The notes below the pieces were generated by a model that was given only the letters and a program-made list of their open reading frames with translations, did not search any database and was not told where the DNA came from. A stretch of 62,203 bases of DNA from NCBI RefSeq assembly GCF_017881085.1, contig NZ_JADGRI010000001.1, forward strand, positions 1 to 62,203, given 5' to 3'. This document shows positions 9,108 to 18,964 of the stretch, piece by piece (position 1 is the stretch's first letter; each line of letters begins with the position of its first letter). The DNA is from Bradyrhizobium sp. GTDB lineage: Bacteria > Pseudomonadota > Alphaproteobacteria > Rhizobiales > Xanthobacteraceae. Made by a program: the position numbers and the translations under genes.

Positions 9108-9633
9108 CGATCTGCCCGCCGGGCAAACCACCGCATACCCTGTCCAGCCCCTTTCGCAAAAATATTCCTGTTCACTTCCGACCCAAATCACCTCTCTATC
9201 CGCCGCTATCCCGTGCCCTTGAGAGGGGCGTATCGCGATCGTCACGGACGTTGGGTGCGGGATGCGGTGGACGCGACGGCGGCAGGCGCGATCTTGATCG
9301 CGCGGACGAATGACGCTTTCGCGGACGGCGAAGTCGTGTGGTCCTGACGCCCCGACGCTGGCGTCAAGTCTGCGGAGCGATTCGCAGGCGACGGTGGCAA
9401 GAAAGCCCGGTCACCGGGGAGAGCGCGTTATAAGCCGTAAAACCATTGCGCAGGGAAGGCCGGATTGCCTCCGCTGAACCTGTATGCTCGTGTGCACTTT
9501 TTTGACTACACTTTGCACGCGAGACCGCGGGTGCAGCGCGCACCCGGCTTTCCCTGCGCCCTCTTGTTTTCGAGGGGCAACGTTTAAGGCATAGCCCGGG
9601 CGCATCGCGCCGCGAGATCGCGGACGCTTGTCT
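9108..9633 (+). repeat. Large structured non-coding element (Bradyrhizobium-type dispersed repeat, candidate ncRNA)
   Basis: No credible ORF; many stems, including 9199-9218/9253-9271 and a 16-bp stem 9448-9463/9544-9559; resembles a repeat I recall as multicopy in Bradyrhizobium intergenic regions. Boundaries approximate. Confidence 0.7.
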
Positions 9634-9637
9634 TAGA

Positions 9638-9754
9638 CGTCATTGCGAGGAGCGGGCTTGTCCGCCGTAGCTCGACGAGCGAAGGCGGAAGCGCCGAAGC
9701 AATCCAGCTTTCTTTGCGGATCGATGGATTGCTTCGCCGGCGCTCGCAATGACG
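9638..9754. repeat. CGTC-type REP-like element with nested GTAG-containing hairpin
   Basis: CGTCATTGCGAG...GAAGCAATCCA / TGGATTGCTTC...CTCGCAATGACG; same family as 18881-18953 plus an ~34-bp insert. Confidence 0.88.
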
Positions 9755-9801
9755 GACAGGGCTGTTTGAAAACCGGATCGGCTTCGATGATGGTTCGCGC
9801 T

Positions 9802-11226
9802 TCAGGACGGCCGGAATCCCATGCGGAATGCGCCCCAATGGCGGCCGCGGACATGGATCGGCGAGGAGACATCCTTCATCAGGACGAAATTGCCGCCGCC
9901 CATGTCGCGCCGGTAGGTCTGCAGCAGAAACGGCTTTGTATTCGCCGCCACCTTCTTCACCGCGCGATCGCTGAACAGCCGGCGGTTACGGCAATTGGCG
10001 TTGTTCCAGACCGGGTCCTTGCCCTGCGGCAGCCGATAGTTCGGATTGTGGGTCGGAAGGTACCCGCCCTTGGCCCATGCGACGCAGAACACGATCCGCG
10101 GATCGATCTTCTGGATCGGGTCCTGGATGGCGGGGAGGATGCGGTCGGTGAACTCGACATAGTCGGTGAGATATTGCTTGGGGTTGGTGCCCGGGATTTC
10201 GCGGTAATTCTCGTCCATCAATTGATCGAGACGAATATCGCCGCGCTCGATTGCGCTCTCGAACGCCGCGGAAATCTGTTTTGCGGCGTCGCTCACGACC
10301 CGGATCAATGGCGCATCCGACGTCTCCACGCCACTGGTGGCGATCAGTTCGATCAGCCCTTCCGAAAGGTCGAGCAGCTTGGCGACCCTTTCGTCGGCGC
10401 TCCGCAAATCGGTCGACGACAGATCGACGCCCTTGGCGAGGTTATCGAGTTCGTCGATCACCATGTCGCAATGGGCGAGATTGGAGGTGGCCGCCTTCGC
10501 CACTCCGCCGATCTCGCGGCCTACCGCCGTAAAACCGTCCTGCACGCGGACGATGATGCCCTGTATCTGTTGGGCGCCTTCGCCGGCGTTCTTGGCCCGC
10601 AGCGAGGCGTCGCCGCTTTCGCCGATCAGGCTGCCAACCTGGCCGTCGAGATCGCGAACGGTATCGCCGATCAAGTGCGTGGCCTGGCGGGTAGCTTCCG
10701 CAAGGCTCTTCACTTCGCTCGCGACCACCGCGAAACCGCGGCCGGCGGTTCCGGCGCGGGCGGCCTCGATGGTGGCGTTCAGCGCCAAGAGATTGGTTTG
10801 CTTCGCGATCGCCTCGATCGATCCGGATACCTTGGCCACCTGCGCGAGCGCGGTGCCGACCGCGCCGAGACGGCGTTCGATGCGCCCCACTGCCTCGATC
10901 AGTTCGGCGATGTGCTGGACCGCGGTTTCAACCGCGGCGCGCGACTGGGTGATTTCATTGACGGCGGAGGTCGTGGCTGTTTGCACTGCCTGCGACGCGC
11001 TCGCAATATCGTGGTTGGCGGAAACCATGGTTTCGGCGGTCTTCTGCAGATGCCCAAACCGGTCGGACTGGTTGGAGACCCGCCCCGCGACCTCCTGCAG
11101 GTTTCCGGCCACATCGGCAAGCTCGACTCCGAGGCCGCCGATCCGGTTCGCAAGCTGATCGACCAGACGTTCGCTGTCCGAAGGGACGGCTGCGGCAGGT
11201 TCCAACTTCAGGGGCGCAACCGACAT
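9802..11226 (-). CDS. Soluble methyl-accepting chemotaxis protein with C-terminal putative sensory domain
   Basis: [37 protein letters not shown] hairpin tip; no TM helices; start moved to ATG 11226 (GAGAGGAA RBS). Confidence 0.92.
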   Translation of the reverse strand: MSVAPLKLEPAAAVPSDSERLVDQLANRIGGLGVELADVAGNLQEVAGRVSNQSDRFGHLQKTAETMVSANHDIASASQAVQTATTSAVNEITQSRAAVETAVQHIAELIEAVGRIERRLGAVGTALAQVAKVSGSIEAIAKQTNLLALNATIEAARAGTAGRGFAVVASEVKSLAEATRQATHLIGDTVRDLDGQVGSLIGESGDASLRAKNAGEGAQQIQGIIVRVQDGFTAVGREIGGVAKAATSNLAHCDMVIDELDNLAKGVDLSSTDLRSADERVAKLLDLSEGLIELIATSGVETSDAPLIRVVSDAAKQISAAFESAIERGDIRLDQLMDENYREIPGTNPKQYLTDYVEFTDRILPAIQDPIQKIDPRIVFCVAWAKGGYLPTHNPNYRLPQGKDPVWNNANCRNRRLFSDRAVKKVAANTKPFLLQTYRRDMGGGNFVLMKDVSSPIHVRGRHWGAFRMGFRPS

Positions 11227-11299
11227 CGCTGCATTCCTCTCGCTACGTGAATTCGAAAGCGGGTCAAATCTCTCGAGATCTCTTGGGCGCTTGTATTTC

Positions 11300-13060
11300 T
11301 CAAAGCTTGTACGCGGTGCGGAAGCCGCCCCAGTGGCGCCCCTGGACGCGGATCGGGACGTCGATCTCACGCATCATGACGGTTTTGCCGTTGCCCATGT
11401 CGCGGGCGTAGCTCTGGATCAGATAGGAGCGCTGATTGCGGCCGGCAGCGAGGCCGGCGGGATCGTTGAAGATACGGCGGTTGCGGCTATTGGCGGTGTT
11501 CCAGGCCACATCGCCCGGGCGTTGCGGATGCGAATAGACCTTGTTGTGGACCGGCAAATAGCCGTTGCGGTCGATCATCACGCAGAACGCCATGTGCGGA
11601 TCCTTGGCGAGGAACATTTCCTGGAACGGCGGCAAGGCGCGATCGGCCCAGTCGAGAATCCGGGTGCGGTGCTGCAGCGGGTTGGTGCCGGGAATTTCGA
11701 CGTAGTTCTCGTCGAACACGTCGTCGACGGAGATGGCGCCGCTTTTGACCGCATCCTCGAAAATCCTGGTCAGCGCGGTACCGGCCTCCATGGCGCGGGT
11801 GACGAATTCGGTGTTCTCGTCGCGGATCGCCCACAGCCTGTCTTCGATCCTTTCGCTCAAGGCGGCATCCGGCGCCTCGAACCGCGCCAGCGTGCCGGCC
11901 TTCGCGTGCTCGGTAATGCGGATCCGGCAACTGCCGATGCCCTCGATTTCGGTGTCGAGCCTCTGGTTCAGTGGCAGCTGCTCGGCGTCCGCGCCGGCGA
12001 TCAGGATGCCTTCCATGGAAAGCTCGTAGACCGCCGCAATGACCGGGCCGCGCGGGGTCTGGAGTTCGATTCTGAGGTTGCAGGGCAGCCGTTCGTGCTT
12101 GCGGCGGTCCTCGCGACCGTCCTGGCCCAGCAGCACCGCGCAGCGGGTTTTGAGCTTATGGGCGAATGTCGTGACGGCCTTGCCGGCGGAGGCGACCCGC
12201 TCGCCATGGGCCTCGGCCTCCCTGGCGGCGCTGTCGATCTCGGCGGCGCTGTCGCCGACCGAAATGATGAAGTGCGATGCGGTGGCGACGTTTTCACTCA
12301 TCGCGTGGGTGGTTTCGTTCTGCTCGGCCACCGCGCCGTTGACGTTTTCGAACACCGGGCGGATCGCTTCGATCGCCAGCGCAATCCGGTGCACCGCCTC
12401 GACCGAACCCGCGGCATCCTTCTGCAGGGCGTCTATCTTCTTGGTGATTTCTTCAGTGGCGTGCTGGGTCTGCACCGCCAGCGCCTTGACCTCGGTGGCG
12501 ACGACCGCAAAGCCACGTCCGGCGGCGCCGGCGCGCGCCGCCTCGATGGTGGAGTTGAGCGCCAGCAGCGTGGTCTGCCGGGCGATCTGAGCGATCAGGT
12601 TGACGACATTGCCGATGGCGGCCGAGGATTCGCGCAGCCGATCCACATTGGCGCTGGCTTCACGCGCGGCGGCGCTGGCCTGATCGGCGAGCTGGCTCGC
12701 GTCGCGGACCTGGGAGCCGATGCCTTGGGCCGAATGGGTGAACTTGTCGGCTGCCTGCGAGAAGGTGGTCGCGGTCGACTGTGCGGCGCTGGTGCGCCCG
12801 GTGAGGGCGTCGGTGCGCTGGCGAATGGTGGAGAGCGTCGCTGCCGTTGCTTCGGCGCCGCCGGCGACCGAATGGGCCGCGCGGTCGAGCTGGCGGATCA
12901 TCCCGCCCAGTTCGAGTTCGAGCAGTTCGAGAATTTCCCTGGCCGAATCGGTTTCCAAAACGTCGGCGGAACCGGCTACCGCCGCCGGCGTGGCAGCCTG
13001 CGGCGCGAGCACCGGCGCAGCCGGTCCCAGTGGACGCTTTCGAAAAAAACCGAACGCCAT
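11300..13060 (-). CDS. Soluble methyl-accepting chemotaxis protein with PilZ-like domain and C-terminal putative sensory domain
   Basis: [37 protein letters not shown] tip; DRRKHER and ELSMEG PilZ-like motifs; C-terminal domain paralogous to the downstream MCP. Confidence 0.92.
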   Translation of the reverse strand: MAFGFFRKRPLGPAAPVLAPQAATPAAVAGSADVLETDSAREILELLELELGGMIRQLDRAAHSVAGGAEATAATLSTIRQRTDALTGRTSAAQSTATTFSQAADKFTHSAQGIGSQVRDASQLADQASAAAREASANVDRLRESSAAIGNVVNLIAQIARQTTLLALNSTIEAARAGAAGRGFAVVATEVKALAVQTQHATEEITKKIDALQKDAAGSVEAVHRIALAIEAIRPVFENVNGAVAEQNETTHAMSENVATASHFIISVGDSAAEIDSAAREAEAHGERVASAGKAVTTFAHKLKTRCAVLLGQDGREDRRKHERLPCNLRIELQTPRGPVIAAVYELSMEGILIAGADAEQLPLNQRLDTEIEGIGSCRIRITEHAKAGTLARFEAPDAALSERIEDRLWAIRDENTEFVTRAMEAGTALTRIFEDAVKSGAISVDDVFDENYVEIPGTNPLQHRTRILDWADRALPPFQEMFLAKDPHMAFCVMIDRNGYLPVHNKVYSHPQRPGDVAWNTANSRNRRIFNDPAGLAAGRNQRSYLIQSYARDMGNGKTVMMREIDVPIRVQGRHWGGFRTAYKL

Positions 13061-13110
13061 TGGATATCCCGCGGGGCTTGTAATGAGGCCGTCATCTTGG
13101 CATTTGGGCG

Positions 13111-13126
13111 TGAAATCAGGGTTAAC
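13111..13126. promoter_or_regulatory. Putative CtrA box upstream of chemoreceptor pair
   Basis: TGAA-N7-TTAAC, one mismatch to TTAA-N7-TTAAC, about 50 bp upstream of the MCP start. Confidence 0.5.
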
Positions 13127-13263
13127 AATTGCCTCATATCGAGGCAGGGGGCAGTACCATCATACCGAAAATGCCTGCAAATCTTTGATTTTAGCGAATC
13201 GGCGGCCTATAAGGCCGCGCCTTCCACCGAAGACATCCTGGACGAATCGCTGAAAGAAACCGC

Positions 13264-14010
13264 ATGGCCGGACATTCCCAATTCAAGAACATCATGCACC
13301 GCAAGGGGCGGCAGGACGCCCAGAAGTCGAAACTGTTCGGCAAGCTGGCCCGCGAAATCACGGTCGCGGCCAAGATGGGCCAGCCCGACCCCAGCATGAA
13401 TGCGCGGCTGCGCGCCGCGATCACCTCCGCCCGCCAGGAGAACATGTCGAAAGACTCGATCGAGCGCGCGGTGAAGAAGGCTTCCGGCGGCGATGCGGAA
13501 AACTACGACGAGATTCGCTACGAGGGCTATGGTCCGGGCGGCGTCGCTGTCATCGTCGAGGCGCTGACGGACAACCGCAACCGCGCGGCGTCCGACATCC
13601 GATCCTATTTCACCAAGTCGGGCGGCAATCTCGGCGAAACCGGTTCGGTGGCCTTCCTGTTCGATCGCATCGGCGTCATCGAATATGATGCCAGCGTTGC
13701 TTCCGATGATGCGATGCTGGATGCGGCGATCGAGGCAGGTGCCGACGACGTGTCGTCGAGCGAAAGCGGACATGAGATTTACGCCTCGCAGGAGACTTTT
13801 CGCGACGTGGCAAAGGCGCTGGAGGCAAACTTCGGCGAGCCGCGCAAGGCGGCGCTGACCTGGAAGCCGCACAATACAGTGGCGGTGGATGACGAGACCG
13901 GCGAGAAGCTGTTGAAGCTGATCGACTTCCTCAACGAGCACGACGACGTCCAGAACGTCTACGCCAATTTCGAGGTGTCGGACGCGCTGATGGCGAAGAT
14001 GGGCGGGTAG
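13264..14010 (+). CDS. yebC: YebC/PmpR family protein
   Basis: [28 protein letters not shown] and DDVQNVYAN motifs; upstream of ruvC. Confidence 0.97.
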   Translation: MAGHSQFKNIMHRKGRQDAQKSKLFGKLAREITVAAKMGQPDPSMNARLRAAITSARQENMSKDSIERAVKKASGGDAENYDEIRYEGYGPGGVAVIVEALTDNRNRAASDIRSYFTKSGGNLGETGSVAFLFDRIGVIEYDASVASDDAMLDAAIEAGADDVSSSESGHEIYASQETFRDVAKALEANFGEPRKAALTWKPHNTVAVDDETGEKLLKLIDFLNEHDDVQNVYANFEVSDALMAKMGG

Positions 14011-14127
14011 GGCGCCGCTTCCGCTTCGCTCGCAATGGCGGGAGGAGCGTCGTTCGGGCCGCTTTCGCGGGGTATGACTACAGGGTGCGCTAGGCTTGGG
14101 AGTTCCGCCTGGAGTATAAAATGCGCC

Positions 14128-14655
14128 ATGACATCTCCGCCGATTCGCCACCCTGTCCGTATCCTCGGCATCGATCCGGGCCTGCGCCGCACCGGGTGGG
14201 GCGTGATCGAGGTCGACGGCAACCGGCTGGTGTTCGTCGGCTGCGGTTCGGTGGAGCCGCCCGACAGCCTGCCGCTGGCGAGCCGTTTGTTGGCGATTCA
14301 TGAGGGGCTTGCCGCCGTGCTCGGCGATTTCAAGCCGGCGGAAGCCGCGGTCGAACAGACCTTTGTCAACAAGGACGGCGTCGCCACCCTGAAACTCGGC
14401 CAGGCGCGCGGGGTCGCCATGCTGGCGCCTGCGATGTTCGGCCTCTCGGTCGCGGAATACGCCCCGAACCAAGTGAAGAAGACCGTGGTCGGCGCCGGCC
14501 ACGCCGACAAGAACCAGATTCTGGTGATGCTGAAGATCCTGCTGCCGAAGGCCGAGCCGAAATCCGCTGACGCCGCCGACGCGCTGGCGGTCGCCATTAC
14601 GCATGCTCATCATCGCAACAGCACCGCCCTGCGGCTGAGGGTGGTCGGGGTATGA
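14128..14655 (+). CDS. ruvC: Holliday junction resolvase
   Basis: ILGIDPG, VEQTF, LGQARG and DAADALAVA motifs; start moved to ATG 14128. Confidence 0.96.
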   Translation: MTSPPIRHPVRILGIDPGLRRTGWGVIEVDGNRLVFVGCGSVEPPDSLPLASRLLAIHEGLAAVLGDFKPAEAAVEQTFVNKDGVATLKLGQARGVAMLAPAMFGLSVAEYAPNQVKKTVVGAGHADKNQILVMLKILLPKAEPKSADAADALAVAITHAHHRNSTALRLRVVGV

Positions 14656-15269
14656 TCGGCAAGCTCAAGGGCCTGATCGACTCCTATGGCGAGGATTTCG
14701 TCATCCTCGATGTCGGCGGCGTCGGCTATCAGGTGCATTGTTCGACGCGCACGCTGCAGGCGCTGCCGGCGCCCGGCGAGGCCGCGGTGCTGTCGATCGA
14801 GACTTACGTCCGCGAGGACCAGATAAAATTGTTCGGCTTTCGCAGCGACGTCGAGCGCGAATGGTTCCGTCTGCTGCAGACGGTGCAGGGCGTCGGCGCC
14901 AAAGTGGCGCTGGCGGTGCTCTCTACCTTGCCGCCGGCAGATCTGGCGAACGCGATTGCGCTGCGCGACAAGGCGGCGGTGACGCGCACGCCGGGAGTTG
15001 GCCCGAAAGTCGCCGAACGCATCGTCACCGAATTGAAGGACAAGGCGCCGGCCTTCGCCACTGTCGATCCGGCGCTGGTGCACCTTTCCGGTGCGATCGA
15101 CGACCAACGCGCGCCGCGTCCGGTCAGCGACGCGATCTCGGCGCTGGTCAATCTCGGTTACGGCCAGCCGCAGGCCGCCGCCGCGATCGCCTCGGCCTCG
15201 CGCAGCGCCGGTGAAAACGCCGAAACCGCGCAGCTCATTCGGCTGGGGCTGAAGGAGCTGGCGAAGTGA
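14652..15269 (+). CDS. ruvA: Holliday junction branch migration protein A
   Basis: [34 protein letters not shown] and ALVNLGY motifs. Confidence 0.97.
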   Translation: MIGKLKGLIDSYGEDFVILDVGGVGYQVHCSTRTLQALPAPGEAAVLSIETYVREDQIKLFGFRSDVEREWFRLLQTVQGVGAKVALAVLSTLPPADLANAIALRDKAAVTRTPGVGPKVAERIVTELKDKAPAFATVDPALVHLSGAIDDQRAPRPVSDAISALVNLGYGQPQAAAAIASASRSAGENAETAQLIRLGLKELAK

Positions 15270-16318
15270 ACCCGCCCTCCCGCATCGTCACCCCCGAGCG
15301 CCGCAGCGACGATGTCGGCGATACCGCGCTGCGCCCGCAATTGTTGTCGGAATTCGTCGGCCAGGCGCAGGCGCGCGCCAATCTCTCGATCTTCATCGAG
15401 GCCGCGCGCAAGCGCGGCGAGGCGCTGGATCACGTGCTGTTCGTCGGTCCCCCCGGCCTCGGCAAGACCACGCTGGCGCAGATCGTGGCGCGCGAACTCG
15501 GCGTCGGCTTCCGTGCCACCTCCGGGCCGGTCATTGCAAAAGCCGGCGATCTCGCCGCACTGCTGACCAATCTCGAAGAGCGCGATGTCTTGTTCATCGA
15601 CGAAATCCATCGCCTCAGTCCGGCGGTCGAGGAAGTGCTGTATCCGGCGATGGAGGATTTTCAGCTCGACCTTATCATCGGCGAAGGACCGGCGGCGCGC
15701 TCGGTCAAGATCGAGCTTGCAAAATTTACCCTGGTCGGTGCGACCACGCGCGCAGGCCTGCTGACCAATCCGCTGCGCGACCGTTTTGGCATCCCGGTGC
15801 GGCTGAATTTCTACACCGTGGAAGAGCTGGAAAAGATCGTCACGCGCGGCGCCCGCGTGCTCAAGATCGGCATGACACCCGACGGCGCCAACGAGATCGC
15901 GCGCCGCGCCCGCGGCACGCCGCGCATCGCTGGAAGGCTGCTGCGGCGGGTGCGCGACTTTGCCTCCGCGGCGGATGCCGCCTCGATCGACCGCAAGATC
16001 GCCGACAATGCGCTGAGCGCGCTGGAAGTCGACGCCGCCGGCCTCGACGCCATGGATCGCCGCTATCTCACCACCATTGCCATGAACTACGGCGGCGGCC
16101 CCGTCGGCGTTGAAACCATGGCGGCGGCGCTGTCGGAGCCGCGCGACGCCATCGAGGACATCATCGAGCCGTTTCTGATCCAGTGCGGCTATCTGCAGCG
16201 CACCCCGCGCGGAAGGCTTCTGACCTCGCACGCCTTCCGCCATCTCGGCCTCGCCGAGCCCGCGCGCGATCCGGCGCAGTTCGGATTGTTCGGGCAGGGC
16301 GGCGAGGAAGAGCCGTGA
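15266..16318 (+). CDS. ruvB: Holliday junction branch migration helicase B
   Basis: GPPGLGKTT Walker A, FIDEIHR, GATTRAG, RGTPRIA and QRTPRGR motifs. Confidence 0.98.
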   Translation: MNPPSRIVTPERRSDDVGDTALRPQLLSEFVGQAQARANLSIFIEAARKRGEALDHVLFVGPPGLGKTTLAQIVARELGVGFRATSGPVIAKAGDLAALLTNLEERDVLFIDEIHRLSPAVEEVLYPAMEDFQLDLIIGEGPAARSVKIELAKFTLVGATTRAGLLTNPLRDRFGIPVRLNFYTVEELEKIVTRGARVLKIGMTPDGANEIARRARGTPRIAGRLLRRVRDFASAADAASIDRKIADNALSALEVDAAGLDAMDRRYLTTIAMNYGGGPVGVETMAAALSEPRDAIEDIIEPFLIQCGYLQRTPRGRLLTSHAFRHLGLAEPARDPAQFGLFGQGGEEEP

Positions 16319-16335
16319 TCGATGCCGGTCCGCCG

Positions 16336-16779
16336 ATGACAGCTCATCTCGATGGCGCGATCCGCGACGGCCGCCATCACATGCAGATCCGGGTCTATTA
16401 CGAGGACACAGATTTTTCCGGCATCGTCTATCACGCCAATTATCTGCGCTTCATGGAGCGCGGCCGCACCAATCATCTGCGGCTGATGGGCGCCGAGCAG
16501 CATGCGCTGTTCGCGGAAGCGCAGGCGGAAACCCCGGGTTTCGCCTTCGTGGTGCGGTCGATGCATCTCGATTACCTCAAGCCCGCGCGGATGGACGATG
16601 TGCTCGACGTCGTGACCTGGCCGATCGCGGTGAAGGGCGCTTCGATCACGCTGGCGCAGGAGGTCAGGCGCGGCCACGACCTCCTGGTCAAGGCCGAGGT
16701 GCGCGTCGCCTTCATCAGCGAGGGGCGGGCGCAGCCGATCCCGAAAGCGCTGCGCACGCTGTTGAAGGCCGATCTGTAG
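16336..16779 (+). CDS. ybgC: Tol-Pal system-associated acyl-CoA thioesterase
   Basis: RVYYEDTDFSGIVYHANYLRFMERGR; follows ruvB (alternative GTG start at 16315). Confidence 0.93.
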   Translation: MTAHLDGAIRDGRHHMQIRVYYEDTDFSGIVYHANYLRFMERGRTNHLRLMGAEQHALFAEAQAETPGFAFVVRSMHLDYLKPARMDDVLDVVTWPIAVKGASITLAQEVRRGHDLLVKAEVRVAFISEGRAQPIPKALRTLLKADL

Positions 16780-16890
16780 AGCCGATCTGCTTTCCCAATT
16801 GCTCGACCGGATTTGTGATCGCAACGATTGGCCAATCGACTTGGCCAGCCGTGCCGATAGAGTGTCTTCTTCACAAGCTCCGAGGCTTTC

Positions 16891-17358
16891 ATGTCGCGTC
16901 CCCCGCTTCCGCCGTTTACCCGAGAAACCGCTGCCCAGAAGGCCCGGATGGCCGAGGATGCCTGGAATTCCAGGGATCCCGAACGCGTGTCGCTGGCCTA
17001 TACCGAGGACAGCCGCTGGCGCAACCGCTCGGAATTTTTCGAAGGCCGCGCCGCGATCGTCAAATTCCTCACCCGCAAATGGGAGAAGGAGCTCGACTAT
17101 CGTCTGATCAAGGATCTCTGGGCCTTCGACGGCAACCACATCGCGGTGCGGTTTCAATACGAATGGCACGATGCCGCCGGGCGGTGGTATCGCTCCTACG
17201 GCAACGAACAGTGGGAGTTCGACGAGCACGGCCTGATGCGCCGTCGCGAAGCCAGCATCAACGATTTCGAAATCGCCGAAAAAGACCGCCGCTTTCACTG
17301 GGCAGCACCGGGCCCGCGGCCGGCGGATGTTCCGGGATTGGGCGAGAGCCCGTTCTGA
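16891..17358 (+). CDS. DUF1348 / NTF2-like (SnoaL-like) protein
   Basis: [31 protein letters not shown] and [10 protein letters not shown] motifs. Confidence 0.9.
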   Translation: MSRPPLPPFTRETAAQKARMAEDAWNSRDPERVSLAYTEDSRWRNRSEFFEGRAAIVKFLTRKWEKELDYRLIKDLWAFDGNHIAVRFQYEWHDAAGRWYRSYGNEQWEFDEHGLMRRREASINDFEIAEKDRRFHWAAPGPRPADVPGLGESPF

Positions 17359-17375
17359 ACAGCCCGCGACCCTGG

Positions 17376-17494
17376 CGTCGTCCCGGCGAAAGCCGGGACC
17401 CACACGCCGAGGCCCACGATTCAAGCACCGTGTGCGACGGCTTCCTAAATCACGAACGCCGGTGGTTATGGGTCCGGGGGTTCGCCGGGACGAC
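17376..17494. repeat. CGTC-type REP-like doublet
   Basis: CGTCGTCCCGGCGAAAGCCGGGACCCA ... TGGGTCC...TTCGCCGGGACGAC between convergent genes. Confidence 0.85.
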
Positions 17495-17501
17495 CATCGA
17501 G

Positions 17502-18146
17502 TTACGCCGCCGCCTTGTGGCGCGCGAGTTCGGCCTGGTACAGCTTGAACTCTTCCGCCACGGCCTTTGCGATGCTGGGGCGTGCGCGCAGGCGCTCGTA
17601 ATAGGCCTTCACGGTCGGCCACTTTGCGAGTTCGATCGGCGGTGTCGCCATGGTCCAGTTGATGACGGTGACGAGATAGGCGTCGGCAACGCTGAAATGG
17701 TCGAGCAGGAATTCGCGGCCTTTCAGATAGTTCTCTAGATAGTCGAGCCGCGACAGGCCCTTGCCGAGGACGTAGGTTTTCATTTCGGGCGGCGAATTCT
17801 TGTCGAGCACCGGCACGAACAACCCCTTGTGCAGTTCGGTGCCGATGAAGCAGAGCCATTGATGCAGGCGGCTGCGCTCGATGCCGGGCCCCGTGGCGAT
17901 GCCGGCCTGCGGAAAACGGTCCGCGACATATTGCAGGATCGCCGCATTCTCCGTCAGCACCAGCCCGTCGTCGGTACGCAGCGTCGGCACCAGCCCGAGC
18001 GGGTTGACCTCGCGAAAATTCGAGCCGTCGTTCTGCACGACTTTCGTTTTGGGATCGACCTCGAGATAGTTGGCTTCGGCACCGGCCTCGTAGAGCGCGA
18101 TGCGGGTCGCCAGTGAGCAAGCGAGGGGAGAGAAGTACAGGTCCAT
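17502..18146 (-). CDS. Glutathione S-transferase (beta class-like)
   Basis: LYFSPLACSLA, NPLGLVPTL, LTENAAILQY, ELHK and FSVADAY motifs. Confidence 0.93.
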   Translation of the reverse strand: MDLYFSPLACSLATRIALYEAGAEANYLEVDPKTKVVQNDGSNFREVNPLGLVPTLRTDDGLVLTENAAILQYVADRFPQAGIATGPGIERSRLHQWLCFIGTELHKGLFVPVLDKNSPPEMKTYVLGKGLSRLDYLENYLKGREFLLDHFSVADAYLVTVINWTMATPPIELAKWPTVKAYYERLRARPSIAKAVAEEFKLYQAELARHKAAA

Positions 18147-18215
18147 CGGTGCCTCCTTGGTTGATTTTCATACTGTTCCGCATAATATAAACGGGGTCAA
18201 GGAATAATTTGCGAA

Positions 18216-18866
18216 ATGGTACAAAAAAGAAAGAAGCCGGCGGCGAAGGCCGATGGCGTCGCGCCCAAACGCCGCGGCCGGCCGCGCGCCTATCAGCCCG
18301 AAATCGCGCTCGGCAAGGCGCTCGATCTGTTCCGCAAGGACGGATTTGCCGCGACCTCGCTCGACGATCTCAGCGCCGCCACCGGCATGAACCGGCCGAG
18401 CCTCTATGGCGCGTTCGGCGACAAGCGCGAGCTCTACATCAAGAGCTATGCGCGCTATCGCGCCGACGCACGTGCGGCGATGCAGGAGATTTTCCGGGAC
18501 GAAATGCCGATCCGCCAACGGCTGGCGCGCATCTACGCGGTGGCGCTCGACATCTATCTTTCCGGCGACGCCGGCCCGCGCGGCTGCTTCACGGTGATGA
18601 CAGCGGGTTCCGAGGCGGTGGCCGATCCGGAAATCCGCGCCATGGTGCTGGAAGGACTGTCCGAACTCGACAAGGCATTTGCCGCCTGCTTCCGGCTTGC
18701 CAAAGAAAAGGGCGAACTGCCGGCGTCAGCCGATCCCGTGGTGCTGGCACAGTTGGCCTCGGCCACCATCCACACCATTGCGATCCGCGCCCGCGCGCGG
18801 GTGCCGCGCAAGGAGCTGGAGGCCATCGTGAAGGGCGCTATCGATGTGATGGTGGCCGCGGCTTAA
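18216..18866 (+). CDS. TetR/AcrR family regulator
   Basis: RGRPR, GFAATSLDDL..ATGMNRPSLYGAFGDK HTH, GCF motif; divergent from the GST gene. Confidence 0.93.
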   Translation: MVQKRKKPAAKADGVAPKRRGRPRAYQPEIALGKALDLFRKDGFAATSLDDLSAATGMNRPSLYGAFGDKRELYIKSYARYRADARAAMQEIFRDEMPIRQRLARIYAVALDIYLSGDAGPRGCFTVMTAGSEAVADPEIRAMVLEGLSELDKAFAACFRLAKEKGELPASADPVVLAQLASATIHTIAIRARARVPRKELEAIVKGAIDVMVAAA

Positions 18867-18880
18867 GCGTCATGCCACCT

Positions 18881-18953
18881 CGTCATGGCGAGGAGCGCAA
18901 GCGACGTAGCAATCCATTCGCCGCTGGATTGCTTCGCTGCGCTCGCAATGACG
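18881..18953. repeat. CGTC-type REP-like element
   Basis: CGTCATGGCGAG...GCAATCCA / TGGATTGC...CTCGCAATGACG between convergent genes. Confidence 0.85.
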
Positions 18954-18964
18954 GCGAAGAACCC

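Noticed and set aside
9108-9633. Group I or group II intron, rRNA, RNase P or riboswitch identity for the large structured element
   Set aside because: I could not find a group II domain V, canonical group I core motifs, or rRNA/RNase P signatures, and it is not positioned as a 5' UTR. It is kept as an unclassified element.
9643-13399. Long + strand ORFs (535 aa, 702 aa) antisense to the chemoreceptors, and similar long antisense ORFs over ruvB, cpoB/tilS, ftsH, pyk, the L,D-transpeptidase, pepF and pntA
   Set aside because: Shadow ORFs expected from high-GC codon bias; they have no recognisable motifs and overlap well-supported genes.
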